Shown here piece by piece: positions 28,687 through 43,600 of a stretch of 64,000 nt of DNA. The translations under genes and the position numbers were made by a program. How positions within the stretch are numbered: the stretch's first letter is position 1; each line of letters opens with the position of its first letter. A model generated the notes under the pieces. It made no database searches. It was not told the origin of the DNA and was given only the letters and a program-made list of their open reading frames with translations. The DNA is from an uncultured virus (IMG/VR IMGVR_UViG_3300026203_000001) (lineage: Duplodnaviria; Heunggongvirae; Uroviricota; Caudoviricetes): IMG/VR virus record IMGVR_UViG_3300026203_000001; one strand, given 5' to 3'.

Positions 28687-31600
28687 CGTCGTCGAAGATT
28701 TGTGTAGGTGTGAAGTTGTCAACCGTTGTTGCACCGATGTTGACGGTAAGAACAGCAGCAGTTGATAGAACAGGGATTGCACCGTTAGATGTGATACCAA
28801 CACGATATTCATCATTTGTATCTGCCTGTGTAGTTCCAGGAGTTTCGTATGTAGCACTGGTTGCTCCACTGATATTATTCCAACTATTTGTTCCATAATC
28901 TTTCTTCTGCCACTGATATGAAAGAGTTCCGTTATTAACGTTAACTGCTGAACCCATATACTGATGATTGCCACATACGTAATTAAGAGTAGCAGGAGCA
29001 TCTGATGCAACTGTGATGCTGACACTACGTGTTGTAGCAGCAGCAAATCCTGCTGCGTATGTTGCATAATCTGCAACTTGATTTCCATTAAGACGATATA
29101 CAACACCAGTCTCATATCTTTCAGTTCCACCGTATGCGTCTGCATTCTCACTGAAGTAAATTGCGTGAGTAGTATTAGATACGTCATTTTGATTGAACTG
29201 ATAAGTTGCTCCACGAACAAATGTAAGTGTTGGTGCTTCAGTATTTTGTGTAAACTGACCTCCTGTGAGGTAGTATCCTTTACCAGATCCTTGATTGTAG
29301 TAAGGATGATTTACAGATTTACTATCAACTAAGACTGAGTAAGCAACAACATTAGATATTGTTACTGTTGCTGCAACTTGGAAGATAGCAGTTTGACCTT
29401 GGTTGACAGTAATATTTCTAGGTGCTTCAGTGATTGTTATAAAGTTCTCAATAACTCCTGTTCCACCAGTCTCAGGTATAAAGTTAGGATCGTAAATATC
29501 AATACCACCATTTAATGCAGGTCCTGTAGGTCCTAAGAAATCATCTGCAACAGTTGTGTTTGCAGTAATTGCAGGTAATGAATAACCTTGACCTGCGTTC
29601 TTAACATCAATCCTTGCAACACCGACAAGTGCTTTAATACGTCCACCAAATCCTGTTGAAGATATAACATCAACTTGTGGTCTTGTACTATAACCATCAC
29701 CAGAGTTTGTTAATATCGCATTAGTAATACGTCCCTTCTCAATCTCAGCAAGTGCAGAAGCATTACGTCCTTTAACTGCTCCACCGTACTCAAATGTAAT
29801 TAGAGAGTTAGATGATTCAATAAGAGCAACTGTTCTTGTTTCTTCTTCACCATCAATTCTAAGTTCATCACCTGCTTCAATAGGTGGTACAACTGTTGCT
29901 GCGATAACGTCAACATCAGAACCAACATAAGAGAATGCAACAAAGGTTGAACCTGCACGAGGAACTTCAGAGAAGATAATTCTAGAACCAACAATTTCAA
30001 AACCAATTCCAGGTTCCTGTATAACACCATTTAACTGACATATAATATTATTCTCAGGTAAGATTGTATTTGACTGTACACCATCAGTTAGAGTCAATGA
30101 GTAGAATACTCCATTTAACTTCAAGTTGAATGAGTTACGTAATGAGTCAAAGTCGAATGATATATCATCTAATTGTCTTAACTTACCTTTATATACACCG
30201 TGGAATGTTGATCCTATAGCAGGTGCTTCAGTAAATTGTATATTATCTGAGAATGCAGTAAATGCGTAATCAGCACCAGGTGGTTGTAAGATACCATTTA
30301 CAAAGATCATCATATGTCCTGCGGGATCTGGGAAGTATTGTGTACCATTTCCTTGAGTTAGTTTGAATGCAGTTTGTACACCATCAAATCCTCTAAAGAA
30401 TCTACGTACTCTACCTCTCAATGATCTAGCAGATGAACAAGCACCTCTGAAACCATTATCTCCAATAATTTGTGAGTTCTTCTGGAATGTTCCTTGTGTT
30501 GCTTCTAGATGTAAAACAGCACGAGTACCAAACTGTGTAATCTTAGCAATCTTACCATATGCAGTTGTATCTGTTATTGTGACTGCACCAATAGTTGTAT
30601 ATACAGATGGGAATAGAGTTCCGACTGGTACTTTTGCTAATTGATATTGTGTATTACTTGCAATATCGCTTATTGTCACACCTTCTGGAGTTCCAGTTTC
30701 ATTTGCAACATATACGTAATTAGTGTTTGTATCAATCTCAGTAACAGTCACTGTCCAACCAATACTAATACCACCAGATTGAATTTGTAACACGTCACCA
30801 ACGTTAAATGTATCACTAACTCCAGTATCAGTAATTAATGCAGTATATGTAAGTCTTGTAATTTGCCTACCGTGTACATATTCACCGAAGTTAGGTAATG
30901 TAACGAACGATTCAATCTCAATAATTTGATCAGTAACAGATCCATAGATAACGTCTTGGGGTTTAAACTCTCCAGTTACTGTGGAGATGTCGTAAGTGAT
31001 TCTACCACTCTGATTATCAATTAGTGCACCGTTATTGTTTCTAACAATTAGAGCAGTTGCTTTAGATCCAGTATCTGTAGAGAAGAACTTATCAGTTGCA
31101 ATAAATTCACCCTGACGGAAGTTAACAAGAATCCTATCGTGCTCTCCAACATATGTACAGGTACCACCAGATGTAATACCTTCAATAATGTCACCTGCTG
31201 TAAATGTTCCATTATAATCAATTAGTTTAATATATGTCTCGTTATCGGTAGCAAGAACTTTACCAGTATTTGATGTAGCACCTTGAACAACAACCATCTC
31301 ACCATTCTGAATCTTAATACCAGTTCCACCACCTTGTGCAGAGAATGTATTGCAGGTCATATACTTTGCCTGATACATAACGTCTGCTAAATTATCTTCC
31401 ATACGAACTATCTGAGCAGTAGCACCAGAGGTTCCACCGTAGATAACATCAGCAAGGTTGAAACCTGCTTTGATTGGTGTTGGTACATCACGTGTTCCAA
31501 AAGTTGTAGGTACACGATCTACACCTGGATCTACACTAACAACAAGTGTATGTAATTGTGATGGAGTTCCTGGAGTTAGAACTATTGGTTCTCCATCAAT

Positions 31601-34600
31601 GTATTCTGTAAGAACTATTTGAGTAGGTGTTGAATTAGGATGGATATAGTAAACTGATCCGTCTAGTTCTGCAATATTAGATCCAAGAACAATATACTCA
31701 ACTCTGTCATATGGTTCAAAGTTATTAGCAACGTTTATAACTCCATTAGAAACAGCAACACCTGCATCGAACTGTGTTCTTAAGTATGTTGTTGGGAATT
31801 CTGAGTATTGTAATGCAACTATTATTAAATGGAATAGTTGATATAACTTATGGCAAGCAGTTGCAGTAGGACGTAATTCTCTATCAGGATTAGTTCCATC
31901 AATAGTGTAAAGAGGTTGGTTAGCAAATGTGCCAGGTGCGGGAGCAGTTCCTTTCAATATATGATCCATCAAGTCTTTAATCATCCTTGCGTGATAAAGA
32001 AGACGAGTTCTGAATAAGTTTGGATATGCTACGAAATTGCCATCAGCGTCAAACCAAGAATTGATGAGTTGCAGTGTTCTAGCATTACCATTTGTAATGA
32101 AATCATATACAATCGCTTTCTGTATTGGTTCAGCAAACGAAGCATCTCCTGCATAACCTGGATATTGACTTAATGTATTTTCATATGATTCTAATCTAGT
32201 ATATGTGTCATTGTACATTAACAATCTTGCAGATTGCTTATACATCTCTGTACCACTTCCAAGACCGTGAAGAAGTATTTTGAATAGTACGTGTGCAGCA
32301 GATGTAACATCGTAACAAGTTCCACCTTTATATACAGTGTTAGTAGTAACAGGTGCAGTTCTAGTTATAGTTGCAAGATGACTTCCATTACCCGCTGCTG
32401 CTGTGGTAATAGTATTAATAAGTATCTCCCAAAGGGTATTAATGGCAGAACTCTGTGTGGTGCAGTTTCCGTTACCTGCTGAGTCGTAAGTTATAGTTAC
32501 GTCACGTCTAATAGCACGTTCACCTGTAAGTGGCCATTCTAGTGGTAGTGTTCTTGTTATACCAGTTAAGTATGCTGTAGGATTGCTTGTATTTGAACTA
32601 TCAAAGAGATTAATAGGAATACCCATCAATGAAGCGATTGATGCTGCTTCGTTTACACAACGTGTTTGAGCACCACCTGTATATACAGATACTGCATTTG
32701 CCTGAGCACTTACGAATGAGTGAGCGTAGTTACCTGCTGTTGTAGTTCCTACAAATACTGTAAATGTATTTGTGGTTGTAGCAGTAATCGGTAAGTTTGC
32801 ATTTGCAGCAGGGTCTGTGATACGAGGGTAACTATGGTTTGTAGAATCACCATCCATAGTGCAAGTAAATACAATACTATTTGTTCTAATTCTAATACTA
32901 TCATTTGTTGTAAATGTGTGTCCATTAGATGTGATTCGTAAGTTACCTGATGTTGGGAAATATTCTACATTTGTAGGAGTTATAGTTGTATTACCAGAAC
33001 TTTGATCAACGGTAATTGTTCCGTCATATACAGCATTACCTTCAGTTACACCATTTGTAGTAATAATTTCCTGTCTCATTACTTGAGTAGCAATATCTCT
33101 TGCTTCTTGGAAGATATATTTAACTTCTGCTGCTTGGTTGCTGATATGTTGTATAGCATTACCAACTGTGATGTAGAACTCACTTGAATACCACATACGG
33201 TTGTTACCACCGTGTTTTAAGTTAAAGACTAATGCTTCAAGTAAATCTACAACGTCATCAACACAAGACTGATAATCATAACCACCAGAGAATGCCAATC
33301 CTGGGTATTGTGACATACCACGACCAACAGCGGTTGTAGCAATAAATCTTATATTATTCTCAATCTCATTAGCAGCATCATAGTAACCATTAGTTGTAGC
33401 ATTTTCATAATAATCATCTCTTGGTGCTGCTTGCCCTAAACCACTTGTTGCTGCTTCATCCTCATAGGGAGTAAACCCTAAACGGTTTCTGATGGCGAGT
33501 ATGCACATATCACGTGCTAACTTAAAGGCATAAGTTGTTTCATCAGATTGAGCAGTTACGTGACTTAATTGCAAATCAGTATTCAAATATAATGCAGCAG
33601 CATCATATGATTCACTGTTACCACCAAATCTTAAATCGTGTGCTATAGATTCAATAATATCAACTATATCATCTTCACAATTAACTTTACCACCTGGAAC
33701 TCTGAAACCTTTAGATTGTGCAAATGATGTCTTAGTTAAAATATCAACTGCCTCACCCGCAATAGTTTTAGCATTCTGTACTAAAAGATTAGCAGCATCA
33801 AGATCTCTATCAGATCCTGTATATGCTTTAGGATCTATTGTAATAGTCTCATCACGATATACAGGTTCATCTGTGTATAACATCTGATAGTAATCAGAGA
33901 AATCAAGAGCAACTTGAGCAGGGTTCTCATTTCTACCAATCAATAAACCTTGTATTGCTTTTTGTGCTAACTTCTTAGCATATTCAATCGCATCAATCAT
34001 CGCAAGCAATTCATCTTCAATATAATTGATGTTAGTCTCATTATCGAGATAACTATCAATCATTGCTTGAGTTTCAAAGTTACCACCTGTAACTAAGTCA
34101 CCTGCAATGGCAGGAAGTATATGATCTCTAATATCTCTTACACATTTTGCTCTATTAGGTATTGTTAGTTTATTTACTGTTGAGAAACCAACTTGTACTT
34201 GATATTTGTTCTCAATGTAGAATACTGATTCATCAGCGATTGCTTTTCTATTAAAGTAAATTAAATCAGCACCATCTCTAAATCTATGACCTGTAGGTCC
34301 GATAACATCTAGTAGATCATCTACAAGAGTCATAATATCATCTTGTATTGTTTGAGATGCAGGAGATGAGAAGTAATTAGGAACACGAACCTTAGTTGAG
34401 TATGTTCCTTCTAAATTTGTCTCATCTAATGTAATTACATCAATACAAAGTTTTGCAACTTCTCTCCAAGTATAGATTGATTGTAATTGCTCACCACCAA
34501 TATGTTGTAAGGCACCAGATCCTTCAATGTAAGCACGACCAACAATAGTTGTTTGGAAGTTACCACCTGATATAAGGTCATCAATAATAGCAGGTATAAT

Positions 34601-37600
34601 ATATGATTTTGTATCTCGTAAACAAACATTTGATCCATAACCACTCATACCACCATCACCAGGGATTACGAAATCAGGGTATCTATATTTAAGACGACCA
34701 ACTGCTTCTTCAGCGATGTAATCAATATTTTTCTTTATTATATCAGCACATAATCTATATTCTTCACGACTTAGATCAACACCCTCAGTAGTAAGTTCAG
34801 AACGCCATAGTTCAACTTCATCAGCGTTAGCAGTAGATATTATGTGACTAACGTATGTTGCATATACTGCACTCTGTTCCATAGGGAATGGTGCTTCGCC
34901 AAGAAGTGCGAATGATACGTTTGTACTATCGTTGAAGATAATAGGGGGAGTAAAACTACTATTGTACTGGGAGATTCCTTTGTAGATTACAAGATTATCA
35001 ATCCAACCATTGAAAGGATTACCATTATTCCATCCTGCACCAACAGTGATCTTACTATTTGCGTTGTAATTATTTGTATCGGTATATGTGCCAACCTCTG
35101 AACCATTTACATATAATTTAGTAACACTTGTAGAACGAGATACTGCAATATGATACCAAGTATTGATTGTAGTAATAGCAGAACTAGCAGTAATTACATC
35201 ACTTGCTCCAATGGATAAACGAAGTGACTGACCAGACATTAATATACCTAGTTTAGCATCAGATGAAGATTCTCTAAGGTCAATAAGTCTCTGTACACCA
35301 GTAACTGAAGCAGGACGTATCCATAACTCCATTGTATAGTCACCATTAGCAGCATCTGCTCCATCACCAAATACCACAGCGTTACTTGATGGGAAAGAAG
35401 TATATGAACCAGATCCAGTAAATCTTAGTGAACCAGTATCAGTTTTAAATGTTAATTTATCTTGAGATACGTTTGCATATGTAAGTTTAGAGTTGGTTAT
35501 TAATTCACCTGCTTGTAATACGCCACTGATTTGTTTTGAGAAGATCCACTTGTTACCTGCATTAGATCCTATAACATCATATGTTGCACCAGATGTAATT
35601 GCTTTTATAGTATCACCAAATCCAAATTGTCCACCACTTGATTTGTCTTGGTAGGCGTGTTTTGCACAACGTAAAGTCTCACCATCTACAAAAGCGTAAG
35701 GAGGAAGAACACGAGGTACATTAGTAATTGACCATTGATATGTTGCAGGATCTCCACCTGTAGGATCTTCTAGAGTATCAGTAATGATTCTCATAAAGGA
35801 TGTTATAGCGTTTGCCTGATTAACACAACTATTAGTGTATCCCGCATATGCAGCAGAAGGTGCAGTCTCAGTTACTGCTGCTTCAAATGCTGCTACTGTT
35901 CCTGGAGATGCAGTTGATCCAAGATTAGTAATCAAAATATTCATTAATGTAGTAATTGCTGATGCAACTGCCTGACAAGTTGGATTTGCAGGATCAGCAG
36001 TTATTGTTAGATCTTTTACTTGATTCCAGTTATGAGATCCTGCTTTAGTCCAAGTATTGTTTCTCATTACCTCAATGGCAATATCTCTTGCCTTAGTAAA
36101 AGCATTTACAATAGTATCTCTATCACCAGATGTTACACCATACTGTAGAGTTTTCTTAGTTGCTTTATAAACAAAGTTATTACCACCGTGTGCTAAGTTA
36201 TAAACCATCGCTTCAAGAACATCAACAATATCAGATAAACAATGAACATCTCCACCTGATACGTTATATCCTGGATTTTGTGTTTTAGCATAATGTAATG
36301 CTTCATATGCAATAAACCATTTATTAGCAAGAATTAGATCTCTTGCGTCACCGTGACTATTGCTTATAACAGCAAACTCTGCGGTAATAGTAGGATCTCT
36401 GTATTGTGGTAAATTTGTTGTATTAGTATTAATTACTTCATTACGAATACACTGAATTGCTAAATCACGTGCTTTATTAAAGGCATAAATTGTTTGTGCA
36501 ACTTCACCATCAACGTGATATATTGCATTACCTTGTACATATGTGTTAGCAGCATCCCAGATTTCTGAGTTGCCATCAACTTCTAATTGATATGCAACGA
36601 TATTTAAAATATCTACAATATCATCTTCACAATCTCTATCTCCACCTAATGATGGTACTGTAAATGATGGATAGAATGCTTTCATCAATCCAACTGCTTC
36701 TTCAGCAATGAATCTATCATTCTTTCTTATTAAAACAGCAGCATCAAATGAACGTTGATCGTCTACACCTACTAATGAAGCATTATCATAGTAGATTTGT
36801 TTATTACGTATTGAGTCACCTGCTGTAAATTGTGATCCTGACAGATAATTATACCTAATTTCTTGGTTTCTTACCTCTTCAAAGTCTAAGAAGTCTTGGT
36901 TATTAGCAGTTCCTGCCTCATATAATTCTTCTGGATTGATAACTGTCTCAGAAATATTGTCTAAGATAGTATTTGGATATGTAATTGAAGGAACACGTTG
37001 GAAAATAAGACCAAAGAATGATGATGGAGGTGATAAATCAACAGTATCAATGATTTGTTGTGATACATCGTCTGTATATGGTGAAATTACAGTAACTCTT
37101 GCAGCAATTTTAGATGCAGCAGAGTAAATTGTATCATTAAATCTGATATTAAATTCACCAGTTTCAAATGCAGCAGTACCAGATGTACGAGAAACAACTA
37201 AATTAGCATCTACAACACCATCTCTAAGGTTATTTTCTTCAATAATTGCAAAATCACCTTGTAAATTTGTAATTCTTTCACCTTGCTCATATATTGTCTT
37301 ACTTGTTATACCATTTACAGCACTTAATACACCATCAAATCCAGTAGATGATGCTAAAACATTGTCATTTATTTGGAAACTACCATTCTGATCAATAATA
37401 TCGATATAATCTACACCAGTATCAATAACAGTTGCAGTTCCTTCATTCTGTAAAGATCTTACAGTCTTACCTGTTGTTGGGAAAATACCAGATGTTGTAC
37501 TAAATGTAAATCTTGTGATATTAATTTGAGAGAATGTAAGATTTCTAAACTTAATTCTTGAAGGTGCTTTAGGTGGTTCAGAAAATACGACAGATGGACC

Positions 37601-40600
37601 AGATGTTGTGAATGCAGTTCCAGGAGATTGAGCAACACCATTAATAAGAATTAATAATTGATCATCAGTTGCAGTTACAGAGTCACCTTCTACTGTCAAT
37701 GCAAATTGTGTCTTAATTCCATTGAAATCATTTTCAATATTATCTAATTTTTTAACAATAGAAGTTAAGATTTCTTCAGAGTTAGTAAGTCTTCTTTGTC
37801 TGAATAATACTTCAGTGTTATTAAACTCTGTATATATTGGTTGTGAGTTAGCAAAAGAAGTGATTTGATTAATATTAGTAGCACTAAAGATATTAACTTC
37901 TTTAACAAGATCGGATACAACTTTTCTTCCAGATATATCTTTACCTGCTGCAAGTGCCAGTTCACCAAACATATTAAATCCAACTGGATGGTTAGTTTCT
38001 AGAATACTCTTTCTCCAGTCATTAATAGGAGTTTGTGATTTAATCACATAAGAGAAATTCTGATAGAAGTAACTATCTTGAATTTTTTGAACAATCTCAG
38101 ATGGTTTACCAACATCATCAATAAACTGACCAGTGGTAGTTGTCATTGAGTCAATATTCAATGTACCACGAGCAATCGATAAGTTATCAATTAAACCAGA
38201 TGCACGAGATACCTGTGCAGTAACACGCTCTCCAGTTGTCCAAGTTCCAGTGTAATTTTCTAACTTAAGGATTCTAGGTCCAATCTGCCAACCTTCATTT
38301 TCTGATACATATCCTATTGCAGTTGCTGTTTCTAAAGATAAACCTTGATATACGAGTTCTCCTCTTAAGAAACGTGATGTCTCAACTATGGCAGTTGCTA
38401 AACCACCAAATACCTCGGTAAGAAGAATCTGACGACCATCACCTTGAGTTAAGAATGTAATAAAGTTACCAGACTCAGCATCAACCTGTGTTAGTGCTAT
38501 TCTAAGTTGATCTGCCTCAAGTGAATTTGCTTCACCTGCAATAGCATAGTAAGTAGTTGTAGAACTCAAACTAACCAAACCTGCTGAACTTGGTTTTGGT
38601 AGAATACCAACTGTAGATCCTAAATCTTCTGCTCTAAGTTGAATAGCAGCACCAGTTGTAATACCGTGTGGGAAGTTAAACTGTAGATAACCCAAGTCAA
38701 GGTTTACAACATAGTTAAATTCTGATTTAAGTGTAACTGTTGGTTCAGAAGAATATCCAGATCCAGGATTCTTAATTAAAACTTCAGAAAGTCTATTATT
38801 TTTGATAATTGCTTCTGCTTCAGCACCTGTTCCACCACCACCTTCAATGACAACTCTAGGAACAGATGTGTAACCAGAACCAGGATTGGTAATCTTAATT
38901 TCAGATAAAAGAGCAGTATTGAATAGTTGTAAGTTAACTGGGAATGTAATCTCAGGTCTTAAGGTGTAATCGTGAGAATAACCAAAACCAAATTCGTTAT
39001 TTTTAAGTTTCTTAATCTTACCGATACTTGTACCTTGTAAGAATACAGATGCACCAGATCCTTCATTAGGAATTACAACTTGTAAATCACCACCAGATCC
39101 TTGTAATAAAGATCCTAATATTCCTGGAATTTTATCAATATCAATAGATGCAGTAGTATATCCTTTACCTGGAGATGTTAATTCAACAGCAGTAATAACA
39201 CCTGTCAACTCACCATCATCTGAAACTGTAATATTACATAGACCACCTTCACCATCTCCGTCAATAACAACATTATAGTAAATACCATTAATGTATTCTG
39301 TACCACCAGATAAGATACGAATCTTCTCAATTTCTCTGTTAGATGCTATATCAGTAACAATAGGTAACTTCTGATAGAATCCACCTGGATTTACCAGTTT
39401 GATATTTGAAATAGGACCGATTGCTTTAGTGGAAGTTGTGCTATAAGATGCTCTTGAAACTCCTGTTTCAGTTACTCCTAAAGGAGCATTTGTTTTTTCT
39501 GGTTCTACAAGAAGTGGGAATGTAAATTCGGTATCACTTACTATATTATTAATTCTAAATGTACCTTTGTAAGGTGTTTGTATAACGTCAATAAATGAGA
39601 CAGGACCAACAGGTGAATTAGATGGAAGAGTTCTTGATGGATCAAAGTAATATGAAATATTAGTAACATCCTCATCAACAATAAACTTAACAAGTGGTTT
39701 AGGTGATGTTTGGTCAGTTAAACCTGGGATACCTTCTCTAACAATGTTTACAAAAGGATATTCCAATTTATATTGGTTATCCTTAGAGAATGACATATAA
39801 TATCCAAAGTTAGATGGATCGTCAAGGTCAAATATGTATTGATGTCCACGAACAAATAATAATTCTGGATGTTTAGCGTAAATATTAACGTTTGATACTG
39901 ATGAACTTGCAAATGTAGGATCTTGTACAGCAGTTGATCTTAATCTATATGTAAATGTTCTAGTATCTAATACCTCTTCTATAAAGAATGATCCACCATA
40001 TTCTGTAGTAGTAAATCCTTCTACAAATATAATTTCGTTTGCACTAAAATTGTGCTTACTATTAGATACACAGAATACTAAATCTGTAAATGTTAGTGCA
40101 CCAGATGGTATTACATCTTTAGCAAGATTAGATGTAAGATGGAATTTCTTAACACCAACTAAACCTGCTATTGTTATAATCTTACCAGTTGCATCAAATG
40201 TTGCAGATAAACCAACTGCCTGTGCATCAAGAGTATCACCCTTAATAAAGTTTGAATCTGAATATACTGCTTCAATTTTTATAATGTAATCTTCAGCAAC
40301 AAATGGTTGCCAAGTAGCAAATTGTCCTAGATTGCCAGTAGAGAATGGAGTATTTGCTAAATCAACATCAAAACTACCTGCGTCACGAGTATATACCCAG
40401 TTAATATTACCATCAGTTACAGTACCAACTGTATGAACTGGAGCAGTAACACCAGAAACTGCTGTAGTTCCTGATGTGTAAATCTTTCCATCATTATAAA
40501 CCTCATCACCAACTGTATAAGGATTATTTGTTACCCACTGAGGTATTGTTGTCTCAACTAAAAATGTTTGTGCTATTGTGTTTCTATCATTTGCACTAGA

Positions 40601-43600
40601 TTTAAGTAATTTTGTAGTATCAAATGTACCGATAATATTACCAATATCAACGCTATCAGTTCCAACATTAACGATAGTACCATATGCACTAACTACATCT
40701 TGACCACCAATTACAGAATACTGTTGTAGTAAAGATCCTTTTGTAAAAGATGCTGTTTGATTAAATGATACTGTCTTAACAGTGTCTATTGACTGATATA
40801 CTGCATCACGAATATAGAATTTGGGAATAACAGTTGTACTTAATAGAAGTTTTCTACCAAGAGGAGTTGGAATAGTAGCAGTTCTACTCTCAAAAATTTG
40901 ATCTGTAGATACAAATGAGTAAGTTCCTTCAACATTATTTGATACAACATCAGCATAATCAAGTATTTGTAGACCCGCAGGACCTAATGTCCAATCCCCA
41001 GAAGTAATCACTTGGGTATTAAACGTAAAGTCGTTCACAGCGGCTGCGACTGTTATCTGCATACCTGCTTCAACAGTGCTTAGTGTATATGTTCCAGTTT
41101 TAGTTTGTTCCCTGTCTAACTTGAAGCAGAATCCTGCTACCTTTTTATTAGAACCAACTGCCTGAGCAGGAGTAAATGTATCTGTATATTTTGCAAGACC
41201 TGATACAGAAATATTATCTACCCAACCACCAATAGAAGTAGCAACAGCAGGAGATGATTTACCAAATAATAGTATAGATTTAAGTTGTGTATCTATGGTT
41301 GTACTTGTTACATCAATTTGTTCAACACCGTTAATGAATACTTTATAAACGTAAGTACCAACACCAGGTGTTGACTTAACAAGAGCAACGTGTATAAATG
41401 CTTCGTTATTAAATGTTGACCAGTTAGTTGTGGATGTAGATAGGTAAGTATTAGAACCTAACTTTAAACGAACTTTACCAAAATCAGCACTTGTAGAATC
41501 ACCTTCTAATTCTACAACTGCATTATCACCTGTAGTAGGAGTAACATCAAAAATATTTGGTGTAGAACTTTGAGCATTATATTGTGCTTGCCCAATAGCA
41601 ATCCACGCTTCAACTGTATAATTTGTTGCTACATCAGCACCCCAATCCAATGACAGTCTATTTGCAGCAGCACTTATATTTGCTGACTGTGCACCATACT
41701 TCCATTTAGAAGTATCTAATGTAGGATCTACAGACCATCCTGCTGTTAAATTATTGTCATATGTATCATCTCCAGTTATGGTTGATTCAAAGTTTAATAT
41801 TGCCAATTCATTTGATTCAATCTTATCACCTGCAATTAAAGTATCGCCAGAATTGTCGTTTGTAATTGTAGTTGGATGGAAACCAATACCACTATCTTGT
41901 TTTAATGATGCAGCACTTAGTATATTACTTGTATTCCAAGAAACTTTAAATATAATCGCTCTATGATCATTAAAGGCATATTTAACGTATGCACCAACAT
42001 CAACATTACCAAATATATCAAATTGTACACCAGTTGCTTTAATATCTTCAAATGTTCCAGTAGGAGCAAGCATTTTAACTACTGAAGGTGTCTTATAATC
42101 AGTAGGTGCAAACTTCATATACAAAATACCCACATTCTTGGTATTTGATATTGAATATGCAGTAGCAGTTACATATCTAGAACCATAATCATCAATAGTA
42201 ATCTTAGGATTGCTGAATCTATATGAAGTATTGCCAAACTGTCTACTCCACTGAACTTCAATAGTAGCAGTATCATAAAAAGTTTCACCAATTATTATTT
42301 CACCAGTTCCCGCAGGATCATTAACACCAACAAATATAGAAGTATTATTACTTGTAAATTTAAGATCAGTCATTTGTTCTGACCCTGCTGCTGTACAGAT
42401 CTTACGTTTTTCTTTAATGGAACCGTCTGTATCTAACAGTGCAATCCACATATCATCTGGATTAGGTGAGTTAGTATCAGTTGTACCACCAATATAGATC
42501 TGACCATCAGAGTCAATAGTAAGAGATGAAATATAATCTCTTCTAGTAGAACCAGATATACCTGCTATTTCACGTTGCCATACAGGAACAGCAGTAGGAT
42601 TATTGAATCCATCAAAACCAGAGGTGTATTTGGCAACAACTAAATCTGGATTGTATGTAAGGTTTACATTATTGGGTATTGTTTCACCAACAACGTAGAT
42701 AGAATGTGGAGATGTATTTTCTAAGTAAATTCTGTTGAACACACAACGTTTGTCACCCGCAGCAGGTTGTAGTGGTGCCATTGTTCTTGTCCACAATAAT
42801 CTACCATCACTATTGAACTTAGCAATTAAACCTGCCGAATCACCATCAAGATCATCTGCTTCACCAACAACATAGAATGTTCTATCATCAGCAATAGCAA
42901 TATCTCTAATTTTTACAATTTTTTCAACACCACTTGTATTTTCATTTAATAATGTAAGAGCATAATTTGCTTTTTTATATCTTTGTGGATGAGAAACCCT
43001 AACTTCTGGAGGTGTTGATGCTGAATACTCAGATCCAGAGTTTATAATATTAACATTATTGACTGCACCAGACTCTTCTCTAACAAGTTCTAACTTAAAA
43101 TCTTGACCAGTTCCACTAACAATTTCATAATTAGGTGGTATATCTTCATTGTAACCTAGACCTTGTTGACTTATAGTTACTGTCTCAACACCCGATACAA
43201 CTTTTACTCTATATGTTTTATTAGTTTGATCAATAATAGGAATACTATCAACAATAATTTCATCACCAACTCTTAAATCGTGCTCATCAGCGGTTGTAAT
43301 TTTTCCCAATGGAGCATCATTTACCATAGATGATGTATATTGAGTAATATCAATACCTTTTACAGAATCAACTTTAGCAGATGCACCATATCCGCCAGTA
43401 TCAGTGTTATCAAAGAATAACTTATCGTTAACTTTATATGATATACCTGGGTTTTCAACTACAAATCCACTAATCTTAGCATCTTCAAATTTAGTAGTAG
43501 TATCAATTTCAATATCAACCTGTGATCTTGTAGAAACTCTAGGGTAGTAATCAAATAATTGTAGTACAGGTTCTTCTGAGATATAATTTAACTCATCTTG

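Noticed and set aside
28651..29220. 189-aa alternative-frame minus ORF bridging the gp7 end and the YHYH gene (possible frameshift product)
   Set aside because: Leu/Gln/Ile-rich off-frame composition, no slippery site noted, and it ends in a different frame from the downstream gene.
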